From: a bacterium
Lineage (GTDB): Bacteria > Patescibacteriota > Microgenomatia > Daviesbacterales > UBA10151
Assembly (NCBI GenBank): GCA_021786105.1
Contig: JAJYNW010000002.1
Span: forward strand, 1-13,995
DNA: 13,995 nt
Direction: 5' to 3'
The notes under the pieces are model-generated. The model searched no databases. It saw only the letters and a program-made list of their open reading frames with translations, and was not told the DNA's origin. This document shows positions 1 through 7,581 of this stretch, in pieces. The position numbers and the translations under genes are program-made. The first letter of the stretch is position 1. Every line of letters begins with the position of its first letter.

Positions 1-2
1 CT

Positions 3-491
3 AATCTTAAAGCTACTCACGCCTACTCTTCTCCCTGGTGGTCGTGGCCGCTTAATTTATATCCGGTTTGGTATTTTGTGGATTACCAAAAAAATGATAT
101 TGCCAATATATTTGCCTCCGGTAATCCGGCGCTGTTTTGGATTGGTGCTGTTGCCGTTTTGTTAACTCTTTGGGAAACAATTAAAAGGAGATCAATTAAT
201 TTAGCAATTATCCTGTTAGGATTTTTTGCTTTTTGGCTGCCTTGGGCTTTTTCACCGCGGATTATGTTTTTATATCATTTCAGTCCTTCAGTACCATTTT
301 TAAGTTTGGCATTAGGCCATCAACTAGCCAAACTTACAGAAGATAAAAAGAAAAGGCAGTTGGCTTTTATTATCATACTTTTAATTATTCTAAGCTTTAT
401 TCTCATCTTTCCTTTTCTAACAGCAATTCCCATCCCCAGAGATTTTACAAAGATTTTCTTTATGACAAATCTATCAAAAAATATTTTTTAA
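3..491 (+). CDS. C-terminal part of a dolichyl-phosphate-mannose-protein mannosyltransferase-like (PMT/GT39, GT-C) membrane protein; 5' end outside the window
   Basis: The frame is open from base 3 (NLKATHAYSSPWWSWPLNLYPVWYFVDY), so the ORF-track start at 78 is internal. HxYxSxWWxWP, GNPALFW and PRIMFLYHF motifs plus four hydrophobic helices match the PMT C-terminal 4TM region. Confidence 0.85.
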   Translation, partial: NLKATHAYSSPWWSWPLNLYPVWYFVDYQKNDIANIFASGNPALFWIGAVAVLLTLWETIKRRSINLAIILLGFFAFWLPWAFSPRIMFLYHFSPSVPFLSLALGHQLAKLTEDKKKRQLAFIIILLIILSFILIFPFLTAIPIPRDFTKIFFMTNLSKNIF

Positions 492-494
492 TTA

Positions 495-1448
495 TCAAAT
501 TTTTATCACCCAATCTTTAAAATTATCAGCATACTTATAATCAGGTTGATTTTTTAATGATTCATCTAAAAATCCTCCTATAGCCCGGGCTGCCAATACT
601 GTTTTCAACTTATTTGCACTATATCCTTTTTCTACTAATTTATAATAGATCAATTTGGCAACATCAGGATTTTTTAATACACTAAAAACCCATTGTATAA
701 AATAACAAATATCATAACTCTCAACACCATCAGTTAATGCATGTTCACCATCAATCAATCCAAACCTTTGTTCTGCCAACTTGAAAATATGCCAAGGAGC
801 GAAATCCCCATGTCTTGGCTTGCTTAATAATCCGTCAACCTTCCTCTCCACCATCCCCAGCAAATCTTTGATGTCATATTCCCTGCAAATATTAGCCGGA
901 ATATCACCAAACCATCCATTAACTTTCTTTCTCAATCTCTCTCGATAATCTTCTTTCTGATAATTGGCAAATTTAATTACCGGCAATTTTTGTATCAACT
1001 CTGAAAGCTTAATAACTTGATCAAGATACTGTGTCAAATTATTTGATTTTCCCAAAACATCATCAATCTCACAAAGAAGTTTTCCGTCAAAATAATCCGT
1101 AATTAAATAAAAATAAATCCTTTGGTAAAAACCGCTTTCATAGCTTACTGGAACTCTAAAAGGAAATTTCGTCGGGAAGTATTTATTAAAATAATTATTC
1201 CACTCAAGTTCGTTTTGAGTAACAATACTAATTCCTCTGCTAGTTGATAACTTCAGGAAATAAGCAGTATCATTTTTGATTAAAACCCCCAGCACATGCC
1301 TACCGCCATGCCTGATACTTTTAACCTGATAGCCTTTTTTCAGAAAGAATGCTTTTATCTCATCAGTATCAAGTTCCCCTCCCACCCGATAATCAAAAAA
1401 ATTATTTCCTGAGCGGATTTTAAAGGAGTCTAAAATTCTATCTGCCAC
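495..1448 (-). CDS. Protein-kinase-like fold phosphotransferase (aminoglycoside phosphotransferase/choline kinase-like), substrate unknown
   Basis: YFLKL (ATP-binding Lys), NELEW (helix C Glu), HGDFAPWH catalytic loop, LIDGE metal-binding motif, YDICYF. GTG start 2 nt after the HU stop. Confidence 0.8.
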   Translation of the reverse strand: MADRILDSFKIRSGNNFFDYRVGGELDTDEIKAFFLKKGYQVKSIRHGGRHVLGVLIKNDTAYFLKLSTSRGISIVTQNELEWNNYFNKYFPTKFPFRVPVSYESGFYQRIYFYLITDYFDGKLLCEIDDVLGKSNNLTQYLDQVIKLSELIQKLPVIKFANYQKEDYRERLRKKVNGWFGDIPANICREYDIKDLLGMVERKVDGLLSKPRHGDFAPWHIFKLAEQRFGLIDGEHALTDGVESYDICYFIQWVFSVLKNPDVAKLIYYKLVEKGYSANKLKTVLAARAIGGFLDESLKNQPDYKYADNFKDWVIKI

Positions 1449-1450
1449 AA

Positions 1451-1723
1451 TTACTTGATGAGTCTTTTGAGAGTTTTACCAGCAGCAAAACCAGGAGTTT
1501 TTTTAGTAGGAATTTGGATTGTTTCTCCGGTCTGCGGATTTCTGCCGCGTCTGGCTGCCCTGGACCTAATTAGAAAAGTTCCAAAGCCGGTAATAACAAC
1601 CTTCTCTCCTCTGACCAGTCCATCCCTGATTAAATTAAAAGTAGTATTAACTGCATCAGCGGAAGCCCTTTTAGTCAGGTTTGCTTTTTTAGCTACTTTT
1701 TCAATTAATTCATTCTTTGTCAT
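1451..1723 (-). CDS. hup: DNA-binding protein HU
   Basis: MTKNELIEKVA start, KVVITGFGTF and GRNPQTGETIQIP signatures. ATG at 1723 is preferred because the ATG at 1741 abuts the predicted -10 box. Confidence 0.97.
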   Translation of the reverse strand: MTKNELIEKVAKKANLTKRASADAVNTTFNLIRDGLVRGEKVVITGFGTFLIRSRAARRGRNPQTGETIQIPTKKTPGFAAGKTLKRLIK

Positions 1724-1741
1724 AAGCGTCGCGTTGCCCAT

Positions 1742-1770
1742 AAGTTACCAAAAGTTTCCCCTTTTGGCAA
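1742..1770 (-). promoter_or_regulatory. Sigma70-type promoter of the HU-kinase operon
   Basis: TTGCCA (1770-1765), 17-nt spacer ending in TGG, TAACTT (1747-1742). Confidence 0.65.
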
Positions 1771-1815
1771 GCCCCAAATCTAGTTGTGTTAAAATAAATT
1801 ATTACTGCCTCCTTT

Positions 1816-3198
1816 ATGGCACGAAAAATTATCTTTCCTTCATTACTGGCGACATTTTTCATCGTTATTTTTTCGTTACATTCATTAAACAGGCATTTCA
1901 GTTTTAACTCACATGCTTTTGATTTGGGGATTCACACTCAAACAATATATCTTTATAGCCAAAATCTCACCCCATTCAACACTTTAAAACACATGATGAT
2001 ACTAGCTGACCATTTTAGCCCTATATTTTTACTCCTCTCTCCTATTTATAAACTTTTCCCATCTGCTTCAACGCTCCTTGTCTTACAAGCTGTTTTTGTA
2101 GCTTTAAGCAGCATTCCTATTTATCTTATTGCAGCAGACAAGTTAAAAAATACAATAATAAGTCTATTAATTACCCTATCTTATCTAACTTCTGTAGGAA
2201 TCATTTCTGCAGTAAATTTCGACTTTCATTCAGCGACTATTTCTGTTTTGCCTTTATCATTGGCATTATACTGTTGGTATTTTAGAAGATGGAAGATGTA
2301 TTGGATCATTCTTCTCTTTAGTCTTACTTTTAAAGAAGACGTAACTCTGTTCATCTTAGGATTAGGAATTTTCCAACTTCTCCAAAAAGAAATTAAATTA
2401 GGTTTGTTAACCATATTTTTTGCATTAACCAGCATATATCTCATTAAATTCCAATTAATGCCTTTTCTCTGGAAAGGAGCAGAGTTAGGTTATATATCAT
2501 CATCCATCCTACCGTTAAATTCTCCCCTTGACCTATTCTTATTATTTATCACCCGGCCTTCAATATTTACCGACCAGATTTTCAACTCACCAATAAAAAT
2601 ACAAACCATTGATACCCTTTACCAACAGTTTGCTTTTTTACCGATCTTATCTGTATTTAGCTGGTTAACTGTTTTTCCAGCTTTGTATTTAAGATTCTCT
2701 TTTGCATCTTCTCAATTTTGGACTACAAGCTGGCATTACAATGCTAACTTAACCCCCTTTTTAGCAGTCAGCGCCATTTTTGCACTGGATAAATTTAAAA
2801 TCCCCACTAGAGCAGTAACCATTTTACTAATCTTTTTTCTAGCGACTGGGGGGCTCGCACCAAACGGCATGGTTTGGACAACTATTCAAAACCCCCTCCA
2901 AAATTTTTCAAGGTTTGGGTATATTGAGGATTCCATCAAGGGCGTCCCGTCGTCTGCAGCAGTTTCAGCCCAATCACCTTTAGTTCCTCATCTTGCTAAC
3001 AGAGAAAAAATCTATCTTTTTCCTGAGGTTTACGATGCTGAGTATATAGTTTTAGATACATCTTTAAGCACTTATCCAATAGCTCCGGGAACATTAAAAG
3101 ATTTAATATCTAAGTATAAAAAATCAAAGTACTGGAAGGTCAAAAGCGAAACCAAAAGTTTAATTATTTTCCAAAGGAATAACTTTCAAAAGACTTAA
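1816..3198 (+). CDS. DUF2079-family multi-pass membrane protein (putative GT-C glycosyltransferase)
   Basis: FDLGI, DHFSPI, FDFH, KED and WHY motifs, many TM helices, and a C-terminal VSAQSPLVPHLANRE segment typical of DUF2079. Confidence 0.8.
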   Translation: MARKIIFPSLLATFFIVIFSLHSLNRHFSFNSHAFDLGIHTQTIYLYSQNLTPFNTLKHMMILADHFSPIFLLLSPIYKLFPSASTLLVLQAVFVALSSIPIYLIAADKLKNTIISLLITLSYLTSVGIISAVNFDFHSATISVLPLSLALYCWYFRRWKMYWIILLFSLTFKEDVTLFILGLGIFQLLQKEIKLGLLTIFFALTSIYLIKFQLMPFLWKGAELGYISSSILPLNSPLDLFLLFITRPSIFTDQIFNSPIKIQTIDTLYQQFAFLPILSVFSWLTVFPALYLRFSFASSQFWTTSWHYNANLTPFLAVSAIFALDKFKIPTRAVTILLIFFLATGGLAPNGMVWTTIQNPLQNFSRFGYIEDSIKGVPSSAAVSAQSPLVPHLANREKIYLFPEVYDAEYIVLDTSLSTYPIAPGTLKDLISKYKKSKYWKVKSETKSLIIFQRNNFQKT

Positions 3199-4541
3199 GG
3201 CGTAGTCATTGTGCTCTCAGAATAACGGGTTTCTCTAATAGCAGTAATCTTAACTGCTCCAGGCACCATCACTTCTTTGGAAATTCTCTCCGCAATATCG
3301 TGTACTAATTTCGGCAGCTCATCATCAGGAATTCTTTCCGGAGTCACAATAACTCGAACTTCCCTTCCGGCTTGTACGGCAAATGCTTTTTCTACACCCT
3401 CAAAAGAAGTGGCAATTTTTTCAATATCATCCATCCTTTTAATATAATCTCCCACATTTTCGTGTCTAGCTCCAGGCCTGCCTCCAGATATAGCATCAGC
3501 AATATAAACGATAACTGATTCAACTGCTGAAAATGGTTTATCTTCATGATGCTCAGCAATACAATTAATGACCTTTTCCGGCAAGCCAAATTTCTTAGCT
3601 AGTTGCGCACCTTTCTCAACATGAGTACCTTCTTCGCTTTCAGTAACTACTTTACCAATATCATGCAGCAAGCAACCGAGTCTTACCACATTCACATCTG
3701 CCCCAATTTCTTTAGCTAAAGCTATCCCAATTTGGGTTTCTTCCTGAGTATGCAAAATCAGGTTTTGACCATAAGAATAACGGTATTTAAACCTGCCAAT
3801 AATGTCTATCAATTCAACCGGTAAATTATAAACTCCGACATCGTGACACAGCTTTTCTCCAGCAGTCCTCATCAGCTTATTAATATCTTCTTGAGTTTTT
3901 GCCACAATTTCTTCAATTCTTTGCGGCTGGATTCGACCATCTTCCATCAACCTTTCTAACGACACTTTAGCAATTTCCCGTCTGACCGGATCAAAAGAGG
4001 ATAAAATTAAAGTATCCGGAATCTCGTCATCCATCACCACATCTACCCCAGTTGCTTGTTCAAAAGTCCTGACATTCCGGCCTTCTTTACCAATAATCCG
4101 GCCCTTCATCTCCTCATCCGGCAGTTTCACTTTGGAGGTGGTAAATTCGGAAATATAATCGGTCACACCATGACGCATAGCATCGGCCAAAATTTCTTTG
4201 GCTTTTTCATCAGCGGTCAGTTTTATTTCTTCCTCAGCTTCTTTGATTTTTTTGGAAATTTCCCCGGCTAATTCCTGATCTAAATTATCCAGCAGGATTT
4301 TTTGAGCTTCATCGCGGGACATAGAAGAAACTTTTTCCAGTTTGGAAACCAAGTCTTTACGGACTTTTTCCAATTGCTCCAATTTGTCATCAATTAATTT
4401 TTGTTTTTCGGAAATCTGCCTTTCGCGCTCTTCTAAAATACCCTCTCTTTTGGCAAGCTCTGCTTCTTGTTTGACAAAATCTCCATCAGAAGACGGATTA
4501 GCTGGTTGATTAGGTCTAATAGGTCCAAACGTTCTTTGCAT
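3195..4541 (-). CDS. rny: Ribonuclease Y
   Basis: Coiled coil, KH domain (EMKGRIIGKEGRN), HD domain (LLHDIGK, EHHE, ADAISGGRPGAR), C-terminal QAGREVRV. Confidence 0.97.
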   Translation of the reverse strand: MQRTFGPIRPNQPANPSSDGDFVKQEAELAKREGILEERERQISEKQKLIDDKLEQLEKVRKDLVSKLEKVSSMSRDEAQKILLDNLDQELAGEISKKIKEAEEEIKLTADEKAKEILADAMRHGVTDYISEFTTSKVKLPDEEMKGRIIGKEGRNVRTFEQATGVDVVMDDEIPDTLILSSFDPVRREIAKVSLERLMEDGRIQPQRIEEIVAKTQEDINKLMRTAGEKLCHDVGVYNLPVELIDIIGRFKYRYSYGQNLILHTQEETQIGIALAKEIGADVNVVRLGCLLHDIGKVVTESEEGTHVEKGAQLAKKFGLPEKVINCIAEHHEDKPFSAVESVIVYIADAISGGRPGARHENVGDYIKRMDDIEKIATSFEGVEKAFAVQAGREVRVIVTPERIPDDELPKLVHDIAERISKEVMVPGAVKITAIRETRYSESTMTTP

Positions 4542-4747
4542 AAAATTTTCTTTTGGACTTTTCTGAAAAAACTTTATCTAGTTTAATCTCACGAAAAGTC
4601 CGGTTCTACCTCTTTCTACTATCAAGTATTAAGATTTTAATTCAAAAGAAAGAGCGCCTCGTTAAGAGGCCTGAGGAAAAATTAATTATTAAAAATTTTT
4701 CGAGAATGTAAATTCATTCTTAAAAATACCTCAGATTCTTCTGATCT
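4542..4747 (-). ncRNA. Putative structured 5' leader (cis-regulatory RNA) of rny
   Basis: Four consecutive inverted-repeat stems: 4671-4676/4729-4734 (enclosing 4703-4708/4715-4720), 4656-4660/4666-4670, 4610-4617/4647-4654 and 4555-4563/4593-4601. They lie between a predicted promoter and the rny ATG. Confidence 0.55.
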
Positions 4748-4753
4748 ATGTAT

Positions 4754-4782
4754 AGTTTAACTTATCTACTCTCAAAAATCAA
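4754..4782 (-). promoter_or_regulatory. Sigma70-type promoter for rny, overlapping the recX 3' end
   Basis: TTGATT (4782-4777), 17 nt, TAAACT (4759-4754). Confidence 0.65.
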
Positions 4783-5431
4783 ACATCTTACCAACTATTT
4801 CTTTTACTAAATCAAACTCAAATCCTTTTCTCAGTAAAAATTCAATTGATTTTTGATAGAGCTTTTTGGGGTCTAAGTCTTTCCAATGTTTCATCTTTTT
4901 TTCCAAAGCAAGTCTGGCCAATTCCTCCTCGCTGACGACTGACGACTGACGACTGACGACCTCTTCTATAATTTCTTTATCAATTCCTTTTTGAAAAAGT
5001 TCAGCCTTAATTGCCCTTATCCCTTTTTGTTTGCTTTTTCTTCTGGCTTCTACCCAAGCTTTAGCAAATTCTAAATCATTTAATAACCCCTTTTTCTTTA
5101 AAGCTTCTATTACAACATCAATCACTACCTGGCTTCTTTCTTCTTCTTTCTTCATTCTTAATTCTGCATTCTTAACTCTAAAATAATCTCTAACTTCTTT
5201 TTCTGAATGCTGTCTTAAACTAAACCATCGGTACATTTTTTCCATCAACTTCCCCACCTCTGCCTCAAACAAGATTTTTTCCATATCTTCTGGCGCAATA
5301 ATCTTGCCCACTACCAATCTTCTGTTAACCACCAAATCCTCATCCGCCCCAAAGGCAAATTCTCCATCCAAACACACATTAAATCTTTTGGGATTTTTCT
5401 TTTGAGGTTCTACCGAAGTAACCTTAAGCAT
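4772..5431 (-). CDS. recX: Regulatory protein RecX (long form with N-terminal extension)
   Basis: Directly follows recA (TAA-ATG). N-terminal QKKNPKRFNVCLDGEFAF, then RQHSEKEV, LLNDLEFAKAWV, IKAELFQKGI and FLLRKGF. Confidence 0.93.
   Translation of the reverse strand: MLKVTSVEPQKKNPKRFNVCLDGEFAFGADEDLVVNRRLVVGKIIAPEDMEKILFEAEVGKLMEKMYRWFSLRQHSEKEVRDYFRVKNAELRMKKEEERSQVVIDVVIEALKKKGLLNDLEFAKAWVEARRKSKQKGIRAIKAELFQKGIDKEIIEEVVSRQSSVVSEEELARLALEKKMKHWKDLDPKKLYQKSIEFLLRKGFEFDLVKEIVGKMFDF
4932..4960. repeat. Perfect heptamer tandem repeat (CTGACGA)x4 inside recX
   Basis: ctgacga ctgacga ctgacga ctgacga c; encodes VVSRQSSVVS on the minus strand. Confidence 0.95.
5143..5184. repeat. Degenerate heptamer tandem repeat (6 units) inside recX
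   Basis: cttcttt cttcatt cttaatt ctgcatt cttaact ctaaaat; encodes FRVKNAELRMKKE. Confidence 0.75.
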
Positions 5432-6490
5432 TTAAAGAGTTTCTGCAACTGCGACCTCTTCTTTTCCAACTACAATCTTTTCTTTACCCTCTTTTTGCTT
5501 ACCCCATGCCTCCCTAATTTCTTTTTCTAATCTTTCGGCTTCTTTTTTATTCTCTTTTAGATACACTGCTGCGGCAGCCCTACCCTGACCAATAATTTTA
5601 TCTTCCCATTTAATAAAGGCGCCTGATTTATTCAAAATCCCCAATTCTATCCCAACATCCAGAAGCTCCCCTTCGCGTGAAACCCCGTTTTCATCCATAT
5701 CAAATTCGGCGATTCTAAAAGGGGGTGCCACTTTATTTTTGACAATCTTGACCCGGTGCCGGGAACCCACCACCAAATCCCCGTCTTTAATATTTTCAAT
5801 CTTTCTGATATCCAACCTAACTGAAGCATAAAACTTTAAAGCCAGCCCGCCGGTAGTAGTTTCCGGATTACCAAACATCACACCAATTTTTTGCCGCAGC
5901 TGATTGGTAAAAATTACAATGGTATTAGTATTAGAAACTGCGCCGGTTAATTTTCGCAGAGCTTGGGACATTAACCTAGCTTGCACCCCCATAGAAGAAT
6001 CGCCCATTTCTCCTTCCAATTCCGAACGGGGCACCAATGCCGCCACCGAATCTATAACCATAACATCAATTCCACCGGAACGGATTAAGCTTTCGGCAAT
6101 TTCCAAACCCTGCTCACCGGTATCGGGTTGAGAGATTAGTAGATCGTCTAAATTAACGCCAATTTTTTGTGCCCGTTGCGGATCTAAGGCATGCTCAGCA
6201 TCGATAAAAGCTGCCACTCCGCCTTTTTTCTGAGCCTCAGCAATTACATGCAGACAGACCGTAGTTTTCCCCGAAGCCTCGGGACCATAGATTTCGATAA
6301 TCCGCCCCTTAGGTAAACCGCCCACGCCAAGTGCTAAATCAAGAGCAATCGAGCCAGTGGGAATCACATCTGTCATAAACTTTTCCACCCGCTCACCCAA
6401 CCGCATAATTGAGCCGGCTCCGTATTGTTTTTGAATTTGCGCCATTGCAGCGGAGATTGCTGCTTTTCTAGCATCGCCGTTTTGTGCCAT
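5432..6490 (-). CDS. recA: Recombinase RecA
   Basis: Walker [53 protein letters not shown]; no intein. Start placed at ATG 6490 (MAQNGD) from family length and promoter position. Confidence 0.99.
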   Translation of the reverse strand: MAQNGDARKAAISAAMAQIQKQYGAGSIMRLGERVEKFMTDVIPTGSIALDLALGVGGLPKGRIIEIYGPEASGKTTVCLHVIAEAQKKGGVAAFIDAEHALDPQRAQKIGVNLDDLLISQPDTGEQGLEIAESLIRSGGIDVMVIDSVAALVPRSELEGEMGDSSMGVQARLMSQALRKLTGAVSNTNTIVIFTNQLRQKIGVMFGNPETTTGGLALKFYASVRLDIRKIENIKDGDLVVGSRHRVKIVKNKVAPPFRIAEFDMDENGVSREGELLDVGIELGILNKSGAFIKWEDKIIGQGRAAAAVYLKENKKEAERLEKEIREAWGKQKEGKEKIVVGKEEVAVAETL

Positions 6491-6497
6491 ATTTACA

Positions 6498-6526
6498 AGA
6501 ATAACCAAATATTTCCCAAAGGTCAA
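6498..6526 (-). promoter_or_regulatory. recA promoter, predicted leaderless transcript
   Basis: TTGACC (6526-6521), 17 nt, TATTCT (6503-6498), 7 nt, ATG. Confidence 0.75.
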
Positions 6527-6651
6527 GACCCAAAATAGCTTTATTTGGTCGACCAAGAGCAACCAGAACTTAAACTATTGTTTGACTTCATTTTATCACA
6601 TCTCAAGCTTGATACAGGGATAGCATTTATTAGATCAGTGGATGATGCAAA

Positions 6652-6680
6652 TTGTTTCTTCAAGAAAATTCCAGTAAAAT
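6652..6680 (+). promoter_or_regulatory. Promoter of the HExxH gene, predicted leaderless transcript
   Basis: TTGTTT (6652-6657), 17 nt, TAAAAT (6675-6680), 6 nt, ATG at 6687. Confidence 0.7.
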
Positions 6681-6686
6681 GTGGGT

Positions 6687-7493
6687 ATGATGGAAGGCGT
6701 TGATGCAAACATACCAATACCTAGTAATCCTGAAGCAAGAGAACAACAAGGACTGCGTGTTAATTTCGTTATCAGTAATAGAGAGCTTGCTATTTTAAGC
6801 ATGGATCCAAATCGGATTTCCTCACAAGATCAGGGGGAAGATATTGCGGCTTTTCAAAACTTTGCCAGAAGAGCATCGGAGCGGTGTTATGGTTATACTG
6901 CAATTACACTTTCAGAAGAACAGTTTTTTGCATTAGGAGGAACAAAAGAGGAGGAAGAAACTTTCCTTTCACAAATGCAACAAAGCAACGAATTTAGGGA
7001 GATAAGACAACAAACAGAGGAATATCTGGAAATTGTTAAAGCCCAGTGGCAAAAAAATTATCCACAAACTTTCCAAACAATTCAAGAAATAACAGGATTA
7101 GATCTAAACAAAGAGGTTACTGTCAATATAATACATCCTAGTTTGAATACTGGTCAGTATAGGAGAAACAACACTGTTAGATGGGGACACCATGAGGAAT
7201 GGAATAATTATTCAACTGTCTATTTGTGGCATGAGATTCTTCACTCTTATCTTGACTATACAGACCTAAGCCATGCAATTATCCAACTGGTAACTGATAA
7301 CGAACTGAGAGTTCGTCTCAATAATAGAGAAACTTATCCTCCTTTTGTAGGACATAAAAATCTTATTCCCTTAATGCATAAGCTATTGCCTCATTGGCAT
7401 GCATATCTTGTCAATGTACCAGAAGACGGAAAAAGGGACATTTTTGCTTTTGAAAAAAGACTGCAGGCAATGCCTGAATTTCAAGAAAAATAA
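6687..7493 (+). CDS. Hypothetical cytoplasmic protein with HExxH zinc-metallopeptidase motif
   Basis: YLWHEILHSYL motif followed by a helix (SHAIIQLVTDNE) that could supply a third ligand. No signal peptide or TM segment. Family not recognised. Confidence 0.6.
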   Translation: MMEGVDANIPIPSNPEAREQQGLRVNFVISNRELAILSMDPNRISSQDQGEDIAAFQNFARRASERCYGYTAITLSEEQFFALGGTKEEEETFLSQMQQSNEFREIRQQTEEYLEIVKAQWQKNYPQTFQTIQEITGLDLNKEVTVNIIHPSLNTGQYRRNNTVRWGHHEEWNNYSTVYLWHEILHSYLDYTDLSHAIIQLVTDNELRVRLNNRETYPPFVGHKNLIPLMHKLLPHWHAYLVNVPEDGKRDIFAFEKRLQAMPEFQEK

Positions 7494-7534
7494 GAAAAGT
7501 TAGAAGAACTCTCTGAAACAAAAATTATGGGCCC

Positions 7535-7554
7535 CCACGGGCTTACGCCCGTGG
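7535..7554 (-). repeat. IS right-end subterminal hairpin
   Basis: 8-bp stem CCACGGGC/GCCCGTGG with a 4-nt loop. Confidence 0.9.
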
Positions 7555-7581
7555 TGCCAGTGACTGAGCTTGCTTCGCAAG

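Noticed and set aside
495-1448. Aminoglycoside resistance gene
   Set aside because: Only fold-level motifs are present; the context is housekeeping and envelope genes, and the substrate cannot be inferred.
4542-4771. 6S RNA upstream of rny
   Set aside because: 6S forms one long rod with a central bubble and paired ends. Here the pairings are serial local hairpins. Not formally excluded without cmscan.
6491-6562. Hydrophobic 24-aa N-terminal extension of RecA (TTG start at 6562)
   Set aside because: It runs through the predicted recA promoter; ATG 6490 gives a normal-length RecA.
7527-7581. tnpB or omega-RNA in the first IS
   Set aside because: Only 55 nt lie between the tnpA stop and the right end, leaving no room for either.
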